A program made the position numbers and the translations under genes. A stretch of DNA of 64,000 bases from the human T2T-CHM13v2.0 reference genome, Homo sapiens, in assembly GCF_009914755.1 (NCBI RefSeq), contig NC_060947.1. One strand, written 5' to 3'. This document shows, one piece after another, positions 40,195 through 55,274 of this stretch. The notes beneath the pieces were generated by a model. That model searched no databases, was not told the DNA's origin, and saw only the letters and a list, made by a program, of their open reading frames with translations. Position 1 is the first letter of the stretch, and each line of letters opens with the position of its first letter.

Positions 40195-40420
40195 AGATGC
40201 TTCTCTCTCCAAGATATGTTAACTTTGCTCCATCCTCTTTCACCATTCAGCTTGTCATTCTATCATGAACAGGAATTAGCTTCGTTTGGCATGATTTGTA
40301 TTTGAAGAATCTGTATTGACTACTGTTTATCACTTGGGTTTCCCCTAGATACTCATAAATGACTGCCTTAATAATTGTCCTCACAGCTTACCAGATATTG
40401 AAATTAAATTTATGAGTTTA
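40195..40420 (-). mobile_element. Ancient CR1/L3 reverse-transcriptase fragment
   Basis: Manual minus-strand translation: LINLISISGKL[frameshift]TIIKAVIYEYLGETQVINSSQYRFFKYKSCQTKLIPVHDRMTS*; resembles the CR1 RT motif SLTS.PGK...SQHGF.K.KSCQTNLI..YD. Confidence 0.75.
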
Positions 40421-41013
40421 ATTCCCTGAGTTCCCTGGGGACTTTTTTTTTTTTTTAAAGAAAAATGGAACACAGCAGTTTCATGACTCACAACAACTCT
40501 TCCATAATAACCAATGTGATAAAAACATTTTTTCAGGGAAACAAATTTCAGTTTTAGCCTTCCAAATGACTATTACGAAAATTAACAACTAATAAAAAAT
40601 TGAAATACTAAAAGACATCATGTATCCTCTCAAACTATTTATTTATTGTACTCATACATATTCTTAAGTGCAATAAAATCTGCCTAGAAATCATTAATCC
40701 ACTAGTATATAGTCCTTACTTGGTGCTGGCAACTGAAAATTTGGTCTTTTTATATACAAATTGTTACACGCATGAAAAGTAGTCCAATAATGGCACTTTT
40801 TATAGGTTATTTCATAAGTACTCTTGGTTGGACATATGCTAAAGTATTGTTACAGGTTGCTGAGGCAACCCGCCTGCTACAGTTGTGGTTAACTCTAAAA
40901 TTTACTGATAATGCTGACCTGAGACTTGAGTCTTATCTTCACTGAATGCAGTACAGGTGTATTGTAGGTAGGCTGTAGGAGGACCATAGCTACCTCTAAA
41001 TCTTTACAGAAGA

Positions 41014-41057
41014 TTTTGAATGTGGCTTTTGTTGCATAGAAAATAAATAAAATAAAA
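41014..41057 (+). other. Micro-insertion with an A-rich tail and a 17 bp TSD
   Basis: TAAATCT(T/C)TACAGAAGA at 40997-41013 and 41058-41074 flanks 26 nt plus an (AAAAT)-like tail. Confidence 0.7.
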
Positions 41058-44000
41058 TAAATCTCTACAGAAGACTGGCAAGAGATTGGTGCATATTTAA
41101 TAGCAAACAGTGGGATGCTTTGAAAGGGATGGATAACATAGAACATTGAACAGCAAGAGCTTTAGTGGGGTTTAGGTTTTAGTAGTTGTCCAGCCAAGAC
41201 TCTGCCTGTTACTGAAGCTAGGGATATGTGGAGTGACCAATTTACATCAGTCATAGTAGAGAAGTAATTGCTTTTATCTGACAAAAGCAGTCTGGACCCA
41301 GTCAACAACATGCTGATGCTACAGTCCCTATTCTTGATGTTTTATTGGAAAGTGGTAAGACTTCTTTTTCTCTCTGAGCTGGTACCACCAATTTGCAGTG
41401 GTATGTTCTAGAAGCAAATCATATTTCAGAGCTCTTTGGTTGTGTAATTTTTTTCAATAGGCATGATGAGTATTCTGGAAGCTGTATCATGGTGCCTTTT
41501 GCTTGGCTGTGTGTCATTACTATAATGCATAGGTTTTTTACTTGTTTGTGTGATTGTTTTTATTCCAAAGACTGCCATCCAGGGCCATGCAGCAAACAAG
41601 CAACAGGGAAATATCCCACTATGCAATCCTATTTTGAGATGATATTTAGGATGAGAGAACATGCATTAGTTACCTACCAGCTTGACAGGAATGGATTTCC
41701 AAATCTGACACACCATAGCCTGAATTCTCACCAGTTTGCTCCTGGAAAGGCCCGCTCATGGTAAGCTCCTTAGAGTTTGTTAGTAGTGGGGAAGCCTTGA
41801 GTTTCAGGAGAACGTGTTTGGATGGCATTTTAAGAAGCCATTCCATTTTTGGTAGAGTAGAAAAAGTCTGCATCTGAGTCTGTAGTACAGTCTGTTCTCT
41901 GGATGAACACAATGTCTCTCTCACATTTTTCTGATATTTATTCTGCAAATCAGCAGCATGAGCCCCTGCCACTCTTCTAAATAAGCTTCCAGGCATTACC
42001 TGCATGCTGTGTTCCTGTGGTGGGATGGCAGTAATCTCTGCTAAGATAAACGGGAGCTTCTGTGGATAAAGCATAAACGCAGTGAAGTGTGTGTGGCTGG
42101 AAGATTTAATGCCTCTACAGGTAATTTTTTTAGAGGGGGATCTGGCATTTGATCAAATCCAGAGTCATTATGTAAATTTAATCACCTTGCAACACACTAG
42201 TAATTTTATTATCTCCTTTTCATTTGACAGTGCTTAGATACAAGTTGAGCTTGGAATTCCAGAGGTAGAGCACTGCTGATTGGAGACATATTAAGTAAAA
42301 TGTACTGTGGAAATGAGATAAAACCTTTATTCTTGCTAATGATTGTCATTGTATGTATTCAGGTGTCCAACAAAGGATTTTAGAATAAAGTGTGCCTTTA
42401 AAGTTTCCCACCTTCTTAAAGCTCCCAATGAATTGCAAAGGGCCTGTTTGGAATGGACTGTATTAAATCTACTTCAAATGAAAACCTTTACACTGAGTGA
42501 AATATGGTTCAACAATTCTTAACACAAGGCCTTTACACTTGTGTAGCCCATTTTGGTTTGGCCTATCTTGTCACTAGAATGCTGTCTGAGCTTGGATTAT
42601 TTATGCCCTAAGATTTACTTAAAATTGAAGGGAGTATTTCCATTCATCAACACTAGTTTTGATAGATGCTTAAAAGGTGCAGTGAGGTTGATGATCCTGA
42701 ATACACAAATTATTGATCACCACATCAAGTTGGATTTCCCTAAAGATGTATGGCTTTCTGACCTTGTGATTTACACTAATGATTATGTCTTAATAAAAGT
42801 AATAAAGCTAAATACTTTATACGTGATCTAAGGAGTGAGATTAGAAAGGAAGCAAGAGGAGAGACATACTGTGTTGAACTGACCTTGCTAAGGCAGAAGA
42901 AATGGCATTTTATGGTGTTTTTTTCTTTCCTTCACTTCTCTGTTTTACTTCTTCCGCTTTTTATCTCTTAATTTGAAAGAAACTCTTGGGAATATCTCTT
43001 CTCCTGCAGACAAAGACATCATGAGCTCCCCCATCCATACCCTAGAACATGTAGGCCCTTGGTCAACCATAGAGTCTTTCCTTTAATCAGGTGATATCTC
43101 TCCTTTTGTACCTTGCAGGCACGGAAGCCAATGACTTGGGCAAATGCCCCTAATTCAGGATCAACTCAGATGACCAGGTTTCCCCTACCTAGAGTGCTAC
43201 TTATTGCAGTGAAAACTTTTCTTCTTTCCAAAAACCTTTAATTAAACGTTTAATAACTCCCTGACTCATAATATGGCTTCATAATGGGACATCAAAATGG
43301 TATAATCTAGGATTAAGATTTAAGTGCCTTACTATCTAGTTTCCCGTTGAGCTGAGTATCTGTTCTCTGTTTACCACTCATGCCTCAATTTTCTTATTCT
43401 AAAATGGAAGTAATGATCACTACCTACCTCCAAGGGTTGATACAGGATTCAGTGAGGCATTTGATGTGAAAGTATCCAACACTCAGTTTGGCATAGAATA
43501 TATGTTCAGTGAAGGCAAGTGGAATTTGAGTGATCTTGTGAGTGCTAAGAGGTTATAATCCAGGGTTAGTATGCAACCCTAATAGTGGGGCTACCATGCA
43601 CAGTCACAGTGAGGGTCTGAGTCAAATGAGGATAACTGGGCTCTGGCTTTGGTGTCTCCTTTTGTGGGTTGCAGCTGGTAAAATAAGTCCTCTTTTGTCA
43701 CAACATCATACAAAAGTAGGTTCACACATGTACACTCACACACACGTGGTTTGGGTGAGAGAGTATATCAAATAATCCCACAGTAGAGAGATGATGAGAT
43801 TGCTCTTAAGGGATGTCCTAATTTGGATAAAACTTGTGTGACTTTAGGAAATGGACTTACCCTCTCTCTCTCAGTTTCTTTCTGTCTCTCTCTCTCTCGT
43901 CTATCCATTCATCCAACCATCTGTCCATTCATCCAATAAGCACTTATGAAGTATACCCATCACTATATTTCTATCACCATTACTGAGTAGCGATGATAGA

Positions 44001-44076
44001 AAGACTGATACTTTTCCTTTCCTTAAAGAGCTTATACTCTTGTTGGAGAGAGGGACAAGCAAACAGTTATAAAACA

Positions 44077-44442
44077 CTCTTAATCCATTTGGGCTGCTAT
44101 AACAACATACCTTAGACTGGAAAATTTTATAAATATCATAAATTTATCACCAACAGTTCTTGAGGCTTGAAAGTCCAAAAATTGAGGTGCCAGCAGGTTT
44201 AGTTGTCTAGTGAAGGCTCTCTCCTTTATAGATGGTCCCTTCTTGCTGCATATTCACACGGTGAAAAGGGCAAGAGGCTAATAAACTCTCTGAGCACTCT
44301 TTATAAGAGCACTAATCCCATTCATGAGGATCCACCCTCATGACCTAATCACCTCCTAAAAGTCCCATCTCTTAATATTATTACTTTGGGGATTAGGTAT
44401 CAACATGAATTTGGGAGTGACACAAACATTCAGACCATAGCA
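44077..44442 (-). mobile_element. MLT1A-like LTR within an L2
   Basis: CTTAATCCATTTGGGCTGCTATAACAA...CACAAACATTCAGACCATAGCA. Confidence 0.88.
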
Positions 44443-44874
44443 AATACTATTTCAAAGTGACAAAAGCATGCAGAGGGTATCATGGGAATAAAGAGAAGGT
44501 TCCTTTCCCAGCCTGGAGTGGAAATGAATGGTCAGAGAAGACTTCAGGAAGAGGTGATGCTTGGGCTAAGTCCTAAAGGGTAAAGAGGTGTTTACATAGT
44601 AAAAAGTGGCGGGGGCGGGTGGAAGTGTGTGTTTAAGCTGAGGGCAAACCCTCAGGAATTGCTCTGCAGTTCCTATACTGTCCAGTACTGGTAAGAGTTC
44701 TGATCAGATTTGATAGCCATACATGAAATGTGGACTCAGTGTTTGTTTGTAGCCCACCAGATGTGTTGAGAACACTGTGGATAAGTGCATATTTTAGTGC
44801 TTCTGTAAAGCCCTAGAAAGTAAATATTTTAGGCTTTGAAGGCCATGAGGTCTCTTTTGCAACTATGCAACTAT

Positions 44875-46490
44875 GCAGTGCTATCTCATCACAGATTTAA
44901 TTTGCATTTTTCTAATAGTTAACAATGTTGAAAGTATCATGTGCTTATTTGCTATCTACACATCTATGTTGAAATGTAATGTTGAAATGTTTGATGTATT
45001 TTCCCCATTTTCTAAGTGGACTTTTTTCTTACTACTGAGTTTTGAGAGTTCTTTATTATATTCTAGATAAAAGGCCTTTGTAAGATATGTGATTTGAAAA
45101 TATTTTCTTCTAGTCTGTAGCTAGTCTTTTCATTCTCTTAACAGTGTATTTCACTGAACAAAACTTTTTAATTTTGATAAAATCCAATTTATCAACTTCT
45201 GTTTTTATGGATCATGCTTTTGATGTCATATCCAAGTACTCTTCAAGTAACTCAAGGTCAGGAAAATTTTCTCCTATTTTTTTCTAAGCATTTTATTGTT
45301 TTATGTTATATGTTTAGATCTATAATCCACCTTGAGTAAATTTTTGTTTAAGGTGTAAGGTTAGGTTAATGTTATTTTTTTTCATACTGTTATACAATGA
45401 TTTCAGCACCATTTGTTGAAAAAACATATCATTTCTCCATTGAAATGCTTTTGCATTTTTGTCAACAATGAGTTGGCTATGTTTATGTGAGCCAATTTTT
45501 AGACTCTGTTTTCTGTTTTATTGATCTGTGTGTCCTTCCCTTTGACAATACCACACCGTCTTGATTACTGTGTATATACAGTAGGTCTTAAAATCAGTTA
45601 ATGTTATTTCTACAGTTTTATTCTTTTTCTTTAAAATTGTTTTAGCTCTTTTAGTTCCTTTGCTTTTTATATAAATTCTACATTCCACTTATCTGTAAAT
45701 ACAAAAAGTTCTATGGGATATTGATTAGAATTGCATTAAATTATGCTGTTTCTTTCAGTCCATAAGCATGGTATAACTCTATTTAAATCTTCTTTGATTT
45801 CTTTCATCAGGGTTTTATGGTTCTCAGGATGCAGAGTCTGTACATATTTTGTTACACTTATACCTAAGTATTTAAATTTGTTTTGAGCTATTATAAATTT
45901 TAAATGTATACATATATTTAAATTTTGGTTTTCAGTGGTGCATTGCTGGTATATAGAAATATGCTTGATTTTTGTGTGTTGACTTGTATTCCATCACCTT
46001 TATAGTACTCACTTATTTTTAGGAGTTTTTATGTAGACTTCTTGAGATTTTCTGTGTAGATAGTCATGCTGTTTACAAACAGAGTTTTCTTTCTTTTTTT
46101 CTGATATCTGTGCCTTTTATTGATTGATTTTTGCCTTATTGCATTGGCTAAGACTTCCATAATGATGTGGAATAGGTGGTAAGAGTGGATGTCTTACATT
46201 GCTACCAGTCTTCAGGAGAAAACATTTAGATTTTCACCATTAAGTATGATGTTATCTGTAGGTTTTTTGGAGATGTTCAAGTTGAGAAAAGTTTACTTCT
46301 ATTTCTAGTTTGCTGAGATTTATTTTTAATAATTAATGGATGTTGGCTTTTGTCAAGTGCTTTTTCTATATCAATTGGTACAATTATGTGGCCTTTTTAG
46401 ACTTAGTATGATCAGTTATATCAATTGAATTATTCTATTATTGAAGCAACCTTACAATCTTGTGATAAACTCCACTTGATTGTGGTGTCA
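44875..46490 (-). mobile_element. Old L1M ORF2 fragment
   Basis: TTAATTTGCATTTTTCTAAT...CAGCACCATTTGTTGAA...TTTTCACCATTAAGTATGATGTTA. Confidence 0.9.
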
Positions 46491-47401
46491 GAAAGGGCCT
46501 CTGATAAATCTCCAGATATGTACTCATTTTATTTCTCTTTGCCCTGTAATGTAAATGCAGTTATACTGGTATCATAAGGGTACATTTCGGTACTAGGGAA
46601 AGGTCAGAGAGAGAATGCTGAGAGGTGGAAGGCATTCTGCTTGAATGAGGAGCCAAGGAAGGCAATGGAAGCTAGGGGAGAGAATGTAAGAACTGATCCG
46701 TGAGCAAGCCAAAAGTGAGCCAATCCATCAGGCTACAACCATTGAGTGAGTGCCTGCTATGTGCCGAGCAGTTGACACAGGCTAAAAGGTTCTAAAAAGA
46801 GTCAAGATTGGATAACAAAGAAAGAAGGCCCTTGAGGAACTTGATCATGCTGGGGGCTAGAAGTGAGAGGGTTTGTATATTCTAGTTCTGGAATTTGGCT
46901 GATGAGCACTGGACCCAGGACCCAGGTGGCTGCCTGGAGCAGCCTGAGGTCCTTTCTTGGCCTGCTGGTAGGTAAAATAAATGAGAGGAGAAGAGTCTGG
47001 GAAAGGTGGCCTCTGTGGCTTATCTGGCACCTGCAATTTGATTAGATGTATATAACCTGTGTCTTAAAATCCCTCGCATTGGGCATGGCAGGCCAACATG
47101 CAACCAGCAGGTACTGAGATAGGACCATGGGCTCTGAGAGGGAGAGATAATTAGAGATTTTCTTCAAAACTGAGGACTTGACCTTCCTGCTTACTTACTG
47201 TGATCACTATAATGCCACTGCCTTAGGCAATGATACCCAGTTTGATCTCCTCTCAGATACTGTTAGGTCAGTGTCTCCATCCATTATTTTCTGTGGAAGC
47301 TCTGGCAGCCTGAGAGTTTGAGCAAAACCAACCTGACCACCGATTTTTTAGTATATAGCTTGGTATTGTCAACCATGATTGCACATTAGGATTGCCAGAG
47401 A

Positions 47402-47488
47402 CAGAACCAGCTTAATAGACATGTGACCAGTGCATTTACACAGGACCCCATGCTCAGAAGGGAGGGCCATGCTGGGAGATTAATGTTC

Positions 47489-47528
<40 letters not shown>

Positions 47529-49371
47529 CTTTAAGTTTTAGGGTACATGTGCCCATTGTGCAGGTTAGTTACATATGTATACATGTGCCAAGCTGGTGCG
47601 CTGCACCCACTAACTCGTCATCTAGCATTAGGTATATCTCCCAATGCTATCCCTCCCCCCTCCCCCCACCCCACAACAACCACAATGAGATACCATCTCA
47701 CACCGGTTAGAATGGCAATCATTAAAAAAGTCAGGAAACAACAGGTGCTGGAGAGGATGTGGAGAAATAGGAACACTTTTACACTGTTGCTGGGACTGTA
47801 AACTAGTTCAACCATTGTGGAAGTCAGTGTGGCGATTCCTCAGGGATCTAGAACTAGAAATACCATTTGACCCAGCCATCCCATTGCTGGGTTTATACCC
47901 AAAGGACTATAAATCATGCTGCTATAAAGACACATGCACACGTATGTTTATTGTGGCATTATTCACAATAGCAAAGACTTGGAACCAACCCAAATGTCCA
48001 ACAATGATAGACTGGATTAAGAAAATGTGGCACATATACACCATGGAATACTATGCAGCCATAAAAAATGATGAGTTCATGTCCTTTGTAGGGACATGGA
48101 TGAAATTGGAAATCATCATTCTCAGTAAACTATCGCAAGAACAAAAAACCAAACACCGCATATTCTCACTCATAGGTGGGAATTGAACAGTGAGAACACA
48201 TGGACACAGGAAGGGGAACATCACACTCTGGGGACTGTTGAGATTAATGTTCTGTGGTTTCCATTTGAAACTTAATGATTTTTATCTTTTTTATCTTCAA
48301 ACCTGTGTTTTGTAAGTGAAGTGTAATGAGACAATGAAGCATGTACTGGGGGCTTGAAATCTTGATTCACATATGGATCTACGTCCTACAAACTCCCCAC
48401 ATCTCCAGGATGGGTTTTTGGCCACCACTCCCTTGATTTCTGGTGCCCGTGGCCTTACCTGGGCCCCCCTTTCTCATCCTTGTTCATCCATCCCCAGCAG
48501 GAGCCTGGATGTTGGGAGAGTCAGGATCAGATGCATGCACCTTGCAGCCCCTCTAGGGAGGGCATGACATCGATCATCTCTGCTCCAGTTTCACAGCACC
48601 AGGCACATTCAGTGGGAAACACAGTGGCAGCAAGCCTCTTGTCTATCCCTGATTTAGGTACCTAAGTGTACCCTGGTAAAGAGGTTGTAATATCCTTGGG
48701 GGATGTCTGTCTTCTGTGGGAGGGGATGGTGGGCCCATGGGAAGAGAGATGCTAAACCTCAATTTCCTTACCTTCTGATAAGGCACAGCATGTCAGTCTG
48801 ATGGCTGGTGAAAGGGACCCAGTAGTTGTCAGGCCCAATCACACACCCAAGACACAAGTCATTGGGTGGAGCTCCTGGGTGCCTGCAAGGGTCTACCCTC
48901 AGCCCATGAATATCCCCATGCCCAAGAGAGTATCGTTTGGGCCTGCTTCATGTCTGGAGAGACCCTCTCTTTCTCCTTTCAACCTTCCTGAATCTGACTT
49001 GCATTAGTCTCTTCTAGCCAGCTCAAGGCACCTTCCAGAGATGAAGTATGAAATACAAATTGTACAATGTTGGTGATTCTGCATAGGAGTTAAATGCTCT
49101 GATATTTTAATTTAAGATATCATTGTGTCGTACAATATAAAGATGAACACTAAAATGTCTATTAATGATTTAAAATTTTACTTTTTCTTTACTTAGAGTG
49201 ACACTGAATAGCAAAGAGGAAACACCATGACAGGTTGAATGAGAAACCACAGAAGAAAGGAAAACATCTGTATATTTTAGTACCTTTAAAGACACTTTTT
49301 CTCTGTTTTTTGAATAAGGCACACCACGTTTTCATTTTGCACTGGGCCCCAAAAATCATGTATCCAGTCTT
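47402..49371 (+). mobile_element. MER45 (hAT-Tip100, long B/R-like form) interrupted by L1PA2
   Basis: ACACAGGACCCCATGCTCAGAAGGG at the left end; TTTTCATTTTGCACTGGGCCCC...TGTATCCAGTCTTG at the right end. Confidence 0.7.
47490..48239 (-). mobile_element. L1PA2-like insertion with 5' inversion (twin priming)
   Basis: (TTA)n tail plus 3' end on the minus strand (47490-47678, GAG diagnostic); inverted ORF2-end/3'UTR on the plus strand (47679-48240); 14 bp TSD GAGATTAATGTTCT at 47476-47489 and 48240-48253. Confidence 0.95.
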
Positions 49372-49632
49372 GTCTGGGGGTATATTTAAAATATATGGAT
49401 ATATCCAAATTAATTGGCATTGGATAGGGCTCTAGGCATATGCATTTTTAAAGGCATTCCAGAGAATCTGTTGTAGAAAGAAAGTAGAAATAAGCAAAGA
49501 GCGAAAGCTAGAATAAACCCTGTGATACTAGATTAGCGTCAGAGAGATCAATATGAAAAATCAGTAAATATGTCTGTCTATCTGTCTATCTGTAAAGATA
49601 AGTAGATACAGAAATGAATGTTGATATGGTGT

Positions 49633-49975
49633 TGTCATAGTCTGTTCAGGCTACTATAACAGAGTGCCTTAGACTGGGTAATTTATAAACAATAGAAATA
49701 TATTGCTCACAGTTCTAGAGTCTGGGAAGTCCATGATCAAAGAGCCAGCAGATTCTGTATCTGGTGAGGGTTCTTTGCTTCATAGATGGTGGAAGGGGTA
49801 AGGAGCTAAGATGCTCCTTTAGACCTCTTTTATAAGGCCACTAATCCCATTCTTTAGGTTTCTGCCCTTATCACTTAATCACTTCCCAAAATGACCCACC
49901 TCTTTATACCAACACATTAGGAATAAGATTTCAACATATAAATTTTGGAGGGACACAAATATTCAGACCATAGCA
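49633..49975 (-). mobile_element. MLT1A-like LTR
   Basis: TGTCATAGTCTGTTCAGGCTACTATAAC...CAGACCATAGCA; TSD GGTGT. Confidence 0.9.
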
Positions 49976-50019
49976 GGTGTATTCATGGATATGTATCTAT
50001 GTGTATATGTATATGTATA

Positions 50020-50356
50020 TAGTTGTCCCTCCATATCCATAGGTTCTACATTCGTGGGTTCAAGCAACTGTGGATTAAAGTATTTGGGAAAAAAAACAAT
50101 AAAAAATAACAATATAACAATAAAAAACATACAAAGGAAAAACAATATGGTCTAACAACTATTGACATAGCATTTACATTATATTAGCTATTGTAAGTAG
50201 AGAGGATTTAAAGTATACAAGGGGATGTGTGTAATTTATATGCAAATACTACACCATTTAATATAAGGAACTTGAGCATTCATGGTATCCAACATGGATT
50301 TTGGTATCCACAGGGAGTTCTGGAAGCAATCGTCTGTGGATACTGAAGGTTGACTG
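50020..50356 (-). mobile_element. MER2-like (TcMar-Tigger MITE)
   Basis: TIRs AGTTGTCCCTCCATATCC / GGATACTGAAGGTTGACTG, flanked by TA. Confidence 0.88.
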
Positions 50357-50362
50357 TATTTC

Positions 50363-51721
<1,359 letters not shown>

Positions 51722-52089
51722 CTAGAAGCAGCAACACTGAAGTAGAATTAAGCTTACCTAGAACTACATCTTGTTTCCTAAATACCATTCTCAATTAAAA
51801 AGAATTAGACCTCCTTAGAGAAATAGCTAATGAGAGAGAGAATACACCACAGTAGTAATCTCAGAGGACAAGATATTTACATAGCTACAAACTATTAGCT
51901 CCCAAATTTGTATTAATTACTATGGTGGTTTTAATATGTGTTCACAAATTATTTGATACTCCTCCCTACAGGTGGTAGAGATTAATTCCCCTTCATTGAG
52001 TGTGAGCTGGACTTTCTGTCTCAGTTCTAATAAAGTATGAAACGGAAATTTAGTAGTTTTACCATTTACTATTTATATTTTCTATTTGA

Positions 52090-53371
52090 TATATAAGTAG
52101 GTTGAAAGTAAAAAGATATATCACACAAATATTCAGAGGAAAGTGGGAATGGCTGTATTAACATTAGGTAAATAGACGCAAGAACAAAGAAAATTACTAA
52201 GGTAGAAGGGGTCATTAAATGATGATTAAATTGTCAGTAACCAAGAAGACAGCAATCCTAAATGGGTATGTGCCAAACAACAGAGCTGCAAAATATGTGA
52301 AGCAAAATTCAATAGAATTGAAAACAGACAAATTCACAATTATAGTTGGAGTCTTCAAACTCCTCTCTCAACAACTTATAGAACAATTAGAAAGTCAGCA
52401 AAGATATAAAAGAACACAACAACTCTATCAACCAACAGAATCTAGTGTTTATAAAAACCTCCACCTCACAACAGCAGAATATACATTTTTTTCAAGCATC
52501 CATGGAACATATACCAAGATAAACTATATACTAGACTGTAGAGCAACTTCAAGAAGTTTAGAAGAATTGAAATCAACAGAAAGATACCAGGAAAATATCC
52601 AAATACTTGGAAACAAAGCAGCACACTTCTCAATAATCCATGGAGCAAAAAATAAATTAATCAGAGTGAAAATAAAAATACAACATATCAAAATTTGTGG
52701 GACACAGCTAAAGGAGTATTGAGAGGGAAACAAATAGCAGTAAATGCTTATATCAGAAAAAGGGAAAGATACACTAAGATCAGAAACAAGGCAAGGATAG
52801 CTGCTCTCATCACTCTTATTCAATGTAGTATAGTACTAGAAATTCTAGCCAGTATAATAAAGCAAGAAAAAGAAATAATAAGCACTTGAATTGGAAAAGA
52901 CAAAATAAAGCCCTCCCAATTTGCAGGTGGCATGATTGTCTATGTAGAAAATCCCAAAGAATCTACAATAAAACTTCTAGAGTTAATAATTGAGTTTAGT
53001 AAGGTTGCAAGACACAATGTCAACCCACAAAAATCAACTACATTTTCAAATACTGTGAACACATCAAAACCAAAATTCAAAACACAATACCATTTACAAT
53101 TGCTACAAAAAAAATGAAATACTTGGGTATAAACTTAACAAAATGTAACAAAACATGTAGAGGATATGTATGCCAAAAATTACAAAATGCTGATGAAGGA
53201 AATCAAGAAGACTTAACATTAATGGAGAGAAATACTGTGTTTGTGGATTGGAAGTCTCAACCCAGTAAAGTTGTCAAATCTGCCCCAAATTGATCTACAG
53301 GTTTAATGCAATTTTAATCAAAATTTCAATAAAGTTTGTTTGTAGGTAAACTTATTCTAAAATTTGTATGA
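52090..53371 (+). mobile_element. Old L1M ORF2 (EN/RT remnants)
   Basis: ORFs 52219..52722 (ILNGYVPNNRAAKYVKQ..., AEYTFFSSIHGTYTKI) and 52932..53117 (MIVYVENPKES) are degenerate L1 ORF2. Confidence 0.9.

Positions 53372-55274
<1,903 letters not shown>

Noticed and set aside
41291-41360. Possible micro-exon (AG...GTG/GTAAGA) and isolated strong splice-like sites near 2750, 9450, 18678 and 43119
   Set aside because: No paired sites with a recognisable coding frame; such motifs are frequent by chance
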